Source of the DNA: Takakia lepidozioides
Lineage: Eukaryota > Plantae > Bryophyta
DNA length: 64,000 nucleotides
NCBI GenBank assembly: GCA_030704615.1
Contig: CM060731.1
Location: forward strand, 88,536,001-88,600,000
Direction of reading: 5' to 3'
The notes beneath the pieces are model-generated. The model was not told where the DNA came from and did no database searches. It was given only the letters and a program-made list of their open reading frames with translations. A program made the translations under genes and the position numbers. The first letter of the stretch is position 1. Each line of letters opens with the position of its first letter. Of the stretch, positions 11,541 through 23,203 are shown in pieces.

Positions 11541-12256
11541 GGACTCCTCCAAATTTGGAAATGCGGCAGATTAAACAAGTATTAAAATAATAGTTTTTTA
11601 ATTTGACCTTGCCGTTTTTGGAAGTTCCAGATCCTGTAATGCGACGAAGATATGTCGTCAGTAACAACTCCGCTCATGGTTTTTTAGATCCGCTCATGGA
11701 AATGAGTGACCGTGCAACGAAAAATCCAGTATACCACGGCAAAAGGACGTCGCATACTGGCCTGTATAGAGTATTCCGCGGTTTTACATGCCTTAACATT
11801 GGAATTTTGCCGCGATTGAACCAATAGAGTCTGCACAATTTTGTCATCTTCGAGTATTCGGCGGGAAAGGTTTGCGACTCAACTAGGAAATGCGGTGCCG
11901 CATTAGGGTTCGCAGGTGCAAAATTTCTGGGCAGTTTGGTGTTGGTGAATGCCGCATCTACCAGTACCTACGACGTTACTTGGAAATGCGGCGCCGCATT
12001 TCCTTGCCGGGGGTCGAATGAGGAAAGCAAAGTTTGGGAGAGCAGAAAAACAGGAACCCTCCAACACACAAAAATACATGCACGTGGAAACACGAGTGAA
12101 TGACATAGTTTTATCTTAGTTCGAGCAAAACAGGTTACTAGTAGGCAAGACATAAGTCGGACCTTTCTGTGGCCAGAGTCAGAGCTACTTGCAGCAGTAC
12201 AGTTCTAGTATCCGAAAAGGATGGGCGTACCATAGTGTTGGGACCGCAAGCCAAGG

Positions 12257-12668
12257 TCATTGGTCCCCTGGATCCATATTCAGAAGAGTGTGCACCTCTT
12301 GGGGGCTCAACCCTGGTGCATGTATGAAGTGATGAGTTGTGGAATTACACCGGAGTCTCTTTAGGTACACGTAGTACAGATGCTTGCAAGGGCAGTATGA
12401 TGCCCCCTTGTTCGCCATGATCTGGAAGTCGGTGCAATTGCAGGTGGGTAATTCTGAAATGGTGATGGTGTACACCTCATTGCGAACAGCTGAGCCTGCC
12501 ATGGCCATCTGATACACACGCCCGAAGCCTGGTGGGGGCACTTCTGTCGAGCTCTGGATTGTACAGTTCATCCGAAGTGCATTCCCCATCCTTGTCTCGT
12601 TCACTTTTGAGGGAGGTCGCCGCCTCTTCGGTTTCCCCCAACGGTGTATAGGCTGCTTAGAGCTGTCG
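12257..12668 (-). pseudogene. 3' end of a SWIM zinc-finger protein gene (probably transposon-encoded), cut by an LTR
   Basis: VYTITISELPTCNCTDF...YCPCKHLYYVY matches the SWIM CxC-x(n)-CxH pattern. The part of the listed ORF above 12668 is LTR sequence. Confidence 0.75.
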
Positions 12669-13394
12669 TGTCGCGACCCTTTGCCTTGAGGGCAGGGGGT
12701 CGAGACACAAGTAGGGGCTGCCCCTATGGTGGGGGAAGTGGCAGCGATAGGTATGGGGGGCTGAAGCACCCTTGAGTGCCCAAGGCACTCAAGGAGGCGG
12801 AGGCGCTCACTAGGTGGAGCCCCGCACACCGGGTTGCGGTGGGGGTGGCTCCACAAGGGGTGGTGGTAGCTTAGCGGGACTTAGTGGGGGTGGCATAGGA
12901 CTCACCCTAGGGCGGAGACCTCGTGGTGGGAGTCGTGGGGAGTCTTGGGACTCATCACGGTCCATAGGGGCCGTGGTGGGTGGGCCAAGACTCGCCGCGA
13001 CTCATCACCGGGAGTCGAGGGTGTTCGTGGTGGTTCGCCATAAAATGGCATGGTTTTTTGTGAAACCCCCGCGGACAGCTATAGAAGTATATATAGGGAG
13101 TAGTAACCCCGAGAACGGTGCAAGCCCGTTGGTGCCCAAAAACTAGTGAGTAAGCGAGCGAGCCGGAAAGCGACCAAAGAGTGGGGAGCTGTTCCGGTTT
13201 GCCAACTACCAAAGGGAATTCCGCTGGTTCCAAATCGTTGGAGGGTTCTTTGGGAGATCAATGGGGGACCGTTATGCCCCGGTGAGCAGCCGGAGCTCCA
13301 AGTTGGCCCGGCGGCCAGGTTGGGAGTTAGGCGCACGCATCAAGCGAGTAACTATGACTTGAGGGGGGAGCTTACCGAAGTGAGGTGCGCGACA
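12669..13394 (+). mobile_element. LTR 1 (5' LTR) of a Ty3/Gypsy chromovirus-type element
   Basis: TGTCGCG...CGCGACA ends, 726 bp, followed by a PBS. Homologous to three other copies in the window. Confidence 0.92.
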
Positions 13395-13396
13395 CT

Positions 13397-13408
13397 TGGT
13401 ATCAGAGC
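13397..13408 (+). promoter_or_regulatory. Primer binding site (initiator tRNA-Met)
   Basis: TGGTATCAGAGC lies 2 nt after the LTR end. Confidence 0.92.
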
Positions 13409-13449
13409 TTAGAGTTCAGTACGCGATCGTCCTTGGGATTGGCCTCATC

Positions 13450-14345
13450 ATGGGGTCGGGCAAGCCAAAGCCAAAGCAGAACGGCCCAAAAGATGATGAT
13501 CCTGGTGAGCCCGATGGGGGTGTTGTGTCACCGAGGCGGCCGTTTGAGGAAGCGATGCATGTTTCCGAAAACGAGGCCGCTCAAGAGCGGGAGGAATCTG
13601 AGGAGTCGGAGCCTGAGGAATCCCTGAGAGCTCCAACCGACCAACAGATGGCTCCCATGCCGGCAGCCTTTTGGGAAGGGTTGTTGGCACAATTTGGCGG
13701 GACGTTGAAGGACGTTTTGAAGGCGGCTAATGCCACTTCCACTAAGGCAAAGTTTAAGGTGAAGCCTAAGGAACCCGGCACCTTCGAGGGCGTCTGAAAT
13801 CGGAAGGCACTCAACACCTGGCTCTTGGAGCTAGAGCAGTACTTCCGGGCGGCCAAGTTGAGTGACGAGGATCGGGTGGAAGTGGCTCCCACCTATTTGA
13901 GGGGCTATGCTCAACAATGGTGGCAGAAATGCCTTCACGACCGAGGTCCAAGCCCGGAAACCATGAACTGGAGTGGGTTCAAGGAATTGATGAAGAGGCA
14001 GTTTGTGCCCCTCAACGCGTCCTGGCTCGCCCGTGACAAGATGAGGAATTTGAAGCAAACAGATGACATTCGGGGATATGTCCAGGCTTTCAATGTGCTG
14101 TTGCTCGAAGTCGCGGACATGGCAGAACCAGAAATGGTCTTCAACTTTGTGGCGGGACTGGCCCCATGGGCCAGGCGGAAGTTGGAGGAGAAGCCACCTA
14201 AGACTTTGAACGAGGCAATTGAGAGGGCTGAATGTTTCTCGGATGTCCCTAAGGGTGAAAGACAAGGCCGTACGGAGCTGAACCACAAGAAGACCCGGCG
14301 GGAAGGTGACTCCTTCCGATCGGAAAAGAAGTGGGATAGGCCACG
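13450..14345 (+). pseudogene. gag: Retrotransposon gag, with an internal stop and 3' truncation
   Basis: KVKPKEPGTFEGV*NRKALNTWLLELEQYF...YLRGYAQQWW...W..FK..MKRQF...LKQT..IR.YV..F. The stop is at 13795 and the frame is cut by the inverted LTR at 14346. Confidence 0.88.
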
Positions 14346-15873
14346 TGTCACGCACCTCACTTCGGTAAGCTCCCCTTCAAGTCATAGTTACTCGCTTTGA
14401 TGCGTGCGCCTAACTCCCAACCTAGCCGCCGGGCCAACTTGGAGCTTCGGCTGCTCACCGGGACATAACGGTCCCCCTTCGCTCTCCCAAAGAACCCTTC
14501 ACCGATTTGGGCCCAGTGGGAATTCCCTTTGGTAGTTGGCAGTCCGGAACAGCTCCCCACTCTTTGGTCGCTTTCCGGCTCGCTCACATACTCACTAGTT
14601 TTTGGTCACCAACGGGCTTGCACCGTTCTCGGGGTTACTACTCCCTATATATACTTCTGTAGCTATCCGCGGGGGTTTCACAAACAACCATGCCATTTTA
14701 TGGCGAACCACCACGAAGACCCTCGATTCCCGGTGGTGAGTCGCGGTGAGTCTTGGCCCGCTCACCACGGCCCCTATGGACCGTGATGAGTCCCAAGACT
14801 CCCCACGACTCCCACCACGAGGTCTCCGCCCCCTTGGTGAGTCCTATGCCACCCCCACTAAGTCCCACTAAGCTACCACCACCCCTTGTGGAGCCACCCC
14901 CACCGCAACCCGGTGTGCGGGGCTCCACCTAGTGAGCGCCTCCGCCTCCTTGAGTGCCTTGGGCACTCAAGGGTGCTTCAGCCCCCGTACCTATCGCTGC
15001 TACTGCCCCCACCACAGGGGCAGCCCCTCTTGTGTCCCGACCCCCTGCCCTCAGGCAAAGGGCCGCGACACACACCCCTACCAACAGGGAGTCGATGTCC
15101 TCATCGACTTGTCCATTTTGTAGAAACGAACATCCAAGTTGTGGCGTCCCACATCAAGGAGTTTGTTTCCGTACCATGGCGTCTCATGGCAAAGAACCAA
15201 ACCCCACACTTGACTCTACTCTCCACTAGCTAGTTCGGCCGACTTCCTCCAAGTCCCGGCCAGGGGTGGAGCCTCTCAAGCTCCTCCCAGTGCACTCTTC
15301 TTGGCCTACTTCAAGGCCAAGGAACGATCCTCCCCGAGGATCAAATCGCCTTACTGCAACAACATTGCTTGCGATCGCTCATGATGCCGCTTTTGGCATC
15401 ACCTTGCGCAAGGGTTCACCTCGAACCCCCTTTGACTAGGAAGATATCCTTGAACCAATCGTGCGCCCCAATCACTACAATTGGGTCCGTCTTGGAATGC
15501 TGGCCTGAGGTACGGGAACACGTCGAAGCCGCACTACAACTTCGTCCCGAGGCTACACGATTATAGTACATGAACGGAAGCACGTAGCTTCCGCGTTAGC
15601 CCGCACTACAAGGCAACCACCTCGGTAGCGCAACTATAGTACACGCACGCGCCAGGTGCGCACTAGCACGTGAACTCCCAAAGAAGGCGCATGTTTCCTT
15701 GCCCCTTGGATGGGAGTCACCCGATTTTGGCACTGCGCAAACACACGATTAACCCAATTTACCTCTCCCACTTTTGTAAGCTAGCATGCATTCTACACAG
15801 TAGCCAACCACACCATGCATCACCATTCCAAACAAAATGGGACGCACAACATTTGGAACCCATTTTCCTTATA
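14346..15873 (-). mobile_element. Inverted 3' end of a same-family element: LTR 2 (14346-15070) plus ~0.8 kb of 3' non-coding region
   Basis: Reverse complement of ~16901-18427. Confidence 0.9.
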
Positions 15874-16797
15874 GTCTTAAAGCATCATGGAGTCCCGAAG
15901 GATATTGTCTCGGATCGCGATCCAAAGTTTACGAGTAAATTTTGGAGGACACTTTGGAAGAAGATGGGGACGAGGCTGAAGATGAGCACCGCCTTCCGAC
16001 CTATGACGGACGGCCAAACGGAAAGAGTGAATTCCGTAGTGAAGCAATTCTTGCGGAATTACGTGTCGGCAGACCAATCAGACTGGATGGAACACTTAGA
16101 CGCGGCAGAGTTCTGTTATAATAACACAGAACACTCCGCAACGGGAGTTTCCCCTTTCGTGTTGGTCTATGGAAAAGCACCTCTGGTGCCGACAAGTTGG
16201 GCCGCCCAGGACGTTGAGGAACCGGCAGTAGCGGCGGTACTGGAAGAACGCGAGCGTTTGTTGAAGCTCGCAAAGTACAATATTGCCAAAGCTAGGAAAC
16301 GGTATGAAAGGCAGGCGAATCGGAAGCGGAGGGAAGTGAAGTTTGAGGCAGGCACAGAGGTCTGGTTGAACATCAAGAATTTCCGACTACCTCCGGAAGT
16401 GAGTCCGAAGTTCGTACCTCCGTATGCGGGACCCTTTCGCATTCGGAAGGTTATGAATGAGGATGTGTATGAATTGGAGCTGCCGGAAAACAGCAAGGTG
16501 CACCCAGTATTCCATGTCTCCTTTTTGAAGCCTTACTTCAAAGATGAAGCACGTCCGAATCGGCATCAAGTGTTGCGTCTGCCACCTATGCTGTTGGATC
16601 ATGAAAATGAACCTGAGTACGAGGTGGAGGCAATACTTAAGTCGAGGAGGTTCAGGAACCGAGAAACGGAGTATCTCGTCAAATGGAAGGGCTATCATCA
16701 CGTGGAGGCATCTTGGGTGCGTGCCTCAGAAATAGGAAACGCATCCGAGGCGGTTGCAGCTTTCGAAGGGCGACCTCAAAAGCGGAAGAAGCGTTGA
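15874..16797 (+). pseudogene. pol: Integrase core/C-terminus plus chromodomain (Ty3/Gypsy pol fragment)
   Basis: HGVPKDIVSDRDPKFTSKFW, STAFRPMTDGQTERVN, the GPF motif, VHPVFHVSFLKPY, and the chromodomain YEVEAILKSR...EYLVKWKGY...SW. Protease, RT and RNase H are absent. Confidence 0.92.
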
Positions 16798-17702
16798 TGG
16801 GGACATCAACCTTGGAGCGTGGGGGAGGAAATGCATGCTTAGCCCGGTTTAGCTAGCTCAGGAATCCGATTGCAAAAACTTGTATTGTACAAAAATTTGT
16901 TATAAAGGAAATGGGTTCCAAATATTGTGCGTCCTATTGTGTTTGGAATGGTGATGCATGGTGTGGTTGGCTAGTGTGTAGAATGCATGCTAGCTTACAA
17001 AAGTGGGAGAGGTAAATTGGGTTAATCGTGTGTTTGCGCAGTGCCGAAATCGGGTGACTCCCATCCAAGGGGCAAAGAAACTTGCGCCTTCTTTGGGAGT
17101 TCACGTGCTAGTGCGCACCTGGCGCGTGCGCGTACTATAATTGCGCTACCGAGGGGGTTGCCTTGTAGTGCGGGCTAACGCGGAAGCTACGTGCTTCCGT
17201 TCACGTACTATAATCGTGTAGCATCGGGGCGAAGTCGTAGTGGGGCTTCAGCGTGTTCCCGTACCTCAGGCCAGCATTCCAAGGCGGACCCAATTGTAGT
17301 GATTGGGGCGCACGGTTGGTTCAAGGTATTTTCCTAGTCAAAGAGGGTTCCAGGTGAACCCTTGCTCAAGGTGATGCCAAAAGCGGCATCATGAGCGATC
17401 GCAAGCAATGTTGTTGCAGTAAGGCGATTCGATCCTCGGGGAGGATCGTTCCTTGGCCTTGAAGTAGGCCAAGAAGAGTGCACTGGGAGGAGCTGGAGAG
17501 GCTCCACCCTTGGCCGGGACTTGGAGGAAGTCGGCCGAACTAGCTAGTGGAGAGTAGAGTCAAGTGTGGGGTTTGGTTCCTTGCCATGGGACGCCATGGT
17601 ACGGAAACAAACTCCTTGATGTGGGACGCCACAACTTGGATGTTCGTTTCTACAAAATGGACAAGTCGATGAGGACATCGACTCCCTGTTGGTAGGGGTG
17701 TG

Positions 17703-18427
17703 TGTCGCGGCCCTTTGCCTTGAGGGCAGGGAGGTCGGGACACAAGAGGGGCTGCCCCTGTGGTGGGGCAGTAGCAGCGATAGGTACGGGGGCTGAAGCA
17801 CCCTTGAGTGCCCAAGGCACTCAAGGAGGCGGAGGCGCTCACTAGGTGGAGCCCCGCACACCGGGTTGCGGTGGGGGTGGCTCCACAAGGGGTGGTGGTA
17901 GCTTAGTGGGACTTAGTGGGGGTGGCATAGGACTCACCAAGGGGGCGGAGACCTCGTGGTGGGAGTCGTGGGGAGTCTTGGGACTCATCACGGTCCATAG
18001 GGGCCGTGGTGAGCGGGCCAAGACTCACCGCGACTCACCACCGGGAATCGAGGGTCTTCGTGGTGGTTCGCCATAAAATGGCATGGCTGGTTGTGAAACC
18101 CCCGCGGACAGCTACAGAAGTATATATAGGGAGTAGTAACCTCGAGAACGGTGCAAGCCCGTTGGTGACCAAAAACTAGTGAGTAAGCGAGCGAGCCGGA
18201 AAGCGACCAAAGAGCGGGGAGCTGTTCCGGACTGCCATCTACCAAAGGGAATTCTCCTAGTCCCAATTAGGTGGAGGGTTTTAGAGGGAAGCGAAGGGGG
18301 ACCGTTATGTCCCGGTGAGCAGCCGAAGCTCCAAGTTGGCCCGGCGGCCAGGTTGGGAGTCAGGCGCGCGCATCAAAGCGAGTAACTATGACTTGAAGGG
18401 GAGTTTACCGAATTGAGGTGCGCGACA
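17703..18427 (+). mobile_element. LTR 3 (3' LTR)
   Basis: TGTCGCGG...GCGCGACA ends, preceded by the purine-rich GGTAGGGGTGTG. Confidence 0.92.
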
Positions 18428-20080
18428 TGGTTGGGCTCACCCCTTCGCGCATCATTTGCTCACAGGTCTCCAAGGCATTCGTACCACGCCCATGCTTGCT
18501 AAATCATGCCAACATTATATTCCATGTGATCAAAGATCGTTGAGGCATTCTGTGTTGAACACTTGGTGATCATCCATGATGCTCCCTTTAATATACATGT
18601 TGACAAGGGTGTTGAGTAGAAAAATGTTCGGCGTGAATCCACTTTGGACAATGTGAGTGTGCACCTGCTTTCCAGCTTTCCTGCCAAGAGCCAAAAGCCC
18701 ACATTTGCAGGATGGACAAACTTCATCACATCATACATTAAGAAAAAGCCACACCTTGCGATCGCGGTTGTCCCACCATCGTGAAGGATCTGTAAAACCC
18801 TCATGCCAGCTCTGCTCTGCCGAGCAATTCAGGGCCAAGTTGTCGCGCACCTCAATTCGGTAAACTCCCCTTCAAGTCATAGTTACTCGCTTTGATGCGC
18901 GCGCCTGACTCCCAACCTGGCCGCCGGGCCAACTTGGAGCTTCGGCTGCTCACCGGGACATAACGGTCCCCCTTCGCTTCCCTCTAAAACCCTCCACCTA
19001 ATTGGGACTAGGAGAATTCCCTTTGGTAGATGGCAGTCCGGAACAGCTCCCCGCTCTTTGGTCGCTTTCCGGCTCGCTCGCTTACTCACTAGTTTTTGGT
19101 CACCAACGGGCTTGCACCGTTCTCGAGGTTACTACTCCATATATATACTTCTGTAGCTGTCCGCGGGGGTTTCACAACCAGCCATGCCATTTTATGGCGA
19201 ACCACCACGAAGACCCTCGATTCCCGGTGGTGAGTCGCGGTGAGTCTTGGCCCGCTCACCACGGCCCCTATGGACCGTGATGAGTCCCAAGACTCCCCAC
19301 GACTCCCACCACGAGGTCTCCGCCCCCTTGGTGAGTCCTATGCCACCCCCACTAAGTCCCACTAAGCTACCACCACCCCTTGTGGAGCCACCCCCACCGC
19401 AACCCGGTGTGCGGGGCTCCACCTAGTGAGCGCCTCCGCCTCCTTGAGTGCCTTGGGCACTCAAGGGTGCTTCAGCCCCCGTACCTATCGCTGCTACTGC
19501 CCCCACCACAGGGGCAGCCCCTCTTGTGTCCCGACCTCCCTGCCCTCAAGGCAAAGGGCCGCGACACAAGTCTGATGAGAGGGCAAACCAGGCTGAAAAC
19601 AGATCGAAGAAGAATCTTGCCATCATTAAATCCACGTGATCAACGCTCGTTCATAAAATAGGGATTGTGTTGTACTATGTTGCCCCCAAGCATCTGCACT
19701 AGGAAGACAAATGAAAACGCTCAATGGAAGTAGTATTGGCCTTCTCTTTGCAGCTTCGATGCTGCCACATTTGGCATACATGTCTACCAGGGTATCGTTC
19801 GGAATGACATCTCGTACAATTCCAGCTCTGATGATGCCATCATGGACCTCTTTGCCATTTTCCAGGGCTGCCAGGCTCGCACACGCATTGAATCTACAAA
19901 CAAACCTCCTTTACCCTTCCCACATCATTTGCTCATAGGTCTCCAATGCCTCCATCCCGCATCCATGCTGGGGCATATCCCGCGATCATCACACTCTAGG
20001 TTTGTTCAGCCATATTCTCAAACACTCCCTTTGTATCCTCAATGCTACCACATGTGCATATGTTTCTGGATACCCTAAAT
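18428..20080 (-). pseudogene. PLS-class PPR gene remnant interrupted by LTRs
   Basis: NACASLAALENGKEVHDGIIRAGIVRDVIPNDTLVDMYAKCGSIEAA at ~19750-19890 and GKQVHTHIVQSGFTPNIFLLNTLVNMYIKGSIMD at ~18575-18675, with frameshifts and stops. Confidence 0.8.
18841..19566 (-). mobile_element. Solo LTR 4 with a 5-bp target-site duplication
   Basis: CAAGT flanks both sides (18836-18840 and 19567-19571). Near-identical to LTR 3. Confidence 0.93.
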
Positions 20081-20699
20081 TTGACAAAGTCACCATGGAC
20101 CTTTTACCCTTTTCCACAAAGGTAAAATTGAAACACGGACTGCCAAGCCAAGCTGACTCTCCCAAGAACTTGTAAACATCAGGAAGAATACCACATCATG
20201 GTACTAACAGGAGCCAAGAGCCCATTACAGTTGCGGTGCAGGTTGCGCTTGGCCCCGCATCAGTAGCTCAATGCAAAGCCTCCATCCCACGCCCTATCCT
20301 GCGATCCTCACGTTCCATGACACAACAGCTCGATATGAAGAAACCGCGCAGGAGAAAAAAGAAAAAAGAACTAAGTCCCAGCCCTCTAATGGGCAACCCT
20401 ATAAGCAACTTAAAAAAAAATAAAATTAACCTTTTGGCTAAAACGCTTGCACTAGAAGCCATTCCAACGACTATTTGGTGGTGAGCTCGCACTGGTCAAC
20501 CATCGTTGACCAACCTTCCGTCTAGTGCGGAGCCATGCAGACACGACAAAGTCTACCAACGTAGTCACCCAGAGGACTACGTAGTCACGCAGTCATTTCA
20601 ACGACTACGTGAAGCTCCATTTGGTCCAAAAATATAGGGAAGTCATGGTCAAAGTCAGGAAAACCATGACTACCGCGGCCTCGCAGTCAAATATACCGC

Positions 20700-21539
20700 A
20701 ATCTGTTTTAGAATTAGATACGCCCAGTACATCATCCGCGAAAGCACACCTTCTGGCCAAACCTATTCCCTTCCCCGCACTGCCCACTTTGCTCCCACAT
20801 TCACGCAACACGCGATACATGGCCCCATCTTCTTAGTGAATGTCCCCACCCCGTCATCCACGGGCTTCGTATCGCCCGACATAACCATGCCGTTTGGCAT
20901 ATCCATAAACTCCTATTACGCCGTAATGAAACTAGGTGGTTTACGCTCATCAATGCTGGCACCTACCAAGGCCGGCCCTCGGACCATACTGTACCCCCAT
21001 GGCTACTTCCTTGTGTTTGTCAACCTCACACATCATGTGCATGCCCAGCCAGACTATGCCCTGACATCCTCCTCGTACAGGGTCTTTTCATTAACGCTCC
21101 TCTACCCACTGTCCCATCCCCAACCATTACCATCCATTTCATAGAATTTACTTACTGCCACGACCGCTTCCCCAGCACCTCCATCTTTGAAAAACGCCAA
21201 AAATATGCACCACTCATCCTTGCTATCCGCCGACGGGGATGGGCCACATGCCCACTCACCGTCATCACTACAGGCACCAGAGGGGGTATACATAATGCCA
21301 ACATCTCTGCTCTTCAAAACAACTTTAACCTCCTCACCACTTCTATCCATAAAAGCTTCAAAGCTATACACCTCATGGCACTTCGATCCCTCACAGCTAT
21401 CATCACCAATAAAGGACAACTCGAATCCAACCCCTCTTCGGTACCCCGGGGTACCCTAGATACCCCTACTCCCTGGCCATCCATAATGCGACGAGCCATT
21501 TGTTTATTTATTTTTCCTTCAAATCTGAAGAAACTGTAG
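20700..21539 (+). mobile_element. 3' fragment of a non-LTR retrotransposon with zinc knuckle and restriction-like endonuclease (RLE)
   Basis: Open frame 20718-21539 lacks an early start codon and is absent from the ORF track: CPLC...DTWPHLLSECPHPVIHGLRIARHNHAV...RLCPDILLV...IHFIEFTYCHD...EKRQKYAPL...VITTGTRG. Confidence 0.8.
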
Positions 21540-21899
21540 CACAAATTTTTTTAGGAAGGTGAAGAGAATGGAAATATGAGGGCATGGACCAAAGTGTCAC
21601 GGTTGCACTTCACATGTGGGTTCAATGGGTACTAGAGCAGATAGCCCAATGTCTTGTATACCTTAGATCACCTAGGGTCAAAATGTTCATCTTCCAAGAG
21701 ACGGCAGTAGTCCTTTGAATTTAAGAGACATTATAAATTACACTTCCGCCCAGATGTTTCTTGGCTGGTTCAACTGAAATGTCATTTGTAGCTTATCAAG
21801 TGAGGTGGTGTATCACATCAAACTTGGCATTATATGTGTTGGGAGAGAGAAGACTGAGAGCCACTTCACCTTGCAGCTACTTGGCGTTCAGACGAGTGT

Positions 21900-22630
21900 T
21901 GGCCGGGTATAGCACTCTACCCCGGTTAGTGAGTCGGTTACCACCCCGGTTAGTAGGTATACATAACCGCATACAGGGTATTTTTGCAAAATAGAGCAAA
22001 TAGAAAACTAACGGTTGGGAGGTGAGTATGTATATGTATATGTACCCTATATTAAGGTTAGCACTACACTGTATACCCGGATTAGTAAGGCGTTTTGACC
22101 CCCTAGAGCGGTTATAGCTATGTATAAGACACGTTCTTGCTCACACAACGTAGCTATTTCTAGCGCCGTCTCTCCATTGAAGGCATTCAATGAATCAGGA
22201 CATGGATGATGTGGGGAGACCAGTTGTGCTGATAGCAAGAATGGTTCAGAGTTCCAGGCTCCTGGCCACTGAGGTGGTGACAAAGGGTTTCCTTGTGACA
22301 GAGCTCATGGCCAAGTTGCTGCACCGTGGAGCCCCTAGGGATGTCATGTGTGAATTGATTATTTTTAAAGAAAATCATTGAGAAATACAAGTGCCCATTC
22401 AATATATTATATGTAACCGCCAATTGCATCTATATCCGCCAATTTTAGGACACCTCTAACCGTCCTATTCATAACCGTCTAATTTGAAGAATTTTGTAGA
22501 ATAGATAACCGGTGGATATACTAAAATAAAAAATTTATCCTTATACATAACCATGGAGTGTGTCCATCCCAAAAATATTGGAGTAACCTTAACCGGCGGA
22601 TATGTAAAATTCTTATAACCGGCCAACACT
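21900..22630. repeat. TAACCG/CGGTTA-rich repeat region, possible non-autonomous element
   Basis: Many ccggtta units at 21920-22115 and taaccg units at 22414-22622, mostly in opposite orientations. Confidence 0.4.
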
Positions 22631-23203
22631 GGTTCAGACTATGAATGGAAAATGCACGCACACTGCATCTTCCCATGACAAGCCATAGAGATATATGCTT
22701 TGACATTCAGACTAGCGTGAGTCAAGTTGCTCCCATGAGCAGTAGAAAAAAAAGGGATTGGTATGGCGTGAGCACAGCGTAAGCAGAAACGGCGTCAGCA
22801 GAAAAAAATATCCACGTGAGCAAAATCCACGAGTATGGGGTGATATGTATGCAAGTGAAAATACATATAATATGCGGACATGGGGTCATTATGGGTTAAT
22901 AGGGTCTATATGGTGTGGGAATATAATTTTAAACATATTGAAAATATCCACATGCTCCGTAAAGATAATTTCAACCTATAGAAAATCTTACATTACATAT
23001 TTGATCACATGGAAACTAGAGCTTGAAAGGGAGAAACCCAAAAATTAAATTAAAAAAAAAAAAAAATCCAATCTCACTAACAAAACCCAAGTTTCGTTGA
23101 CGAAACCTAATTCTTGGGTGATTATTGGGGATGTTGCACACATATGTTTTAGCATATGTTTGTAAAAACTCATATATTGGGTTTTTAATGCCACATTGTT
23201 TAA

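Noticed and set aside
15670-15873. N-terminal 68 aa of the 375-aa integrase ORF
   Set aside because: It derives from the inverted non-coding segment and is fused by rearrangement.
12669-19661. Repeated short ORFs (MWSHPHRNP..., MEPRTPGCG..., MSKRASRK...) as a gene family
   Set aside because: They are incidental frames within four copies of a GC-rich LTR.
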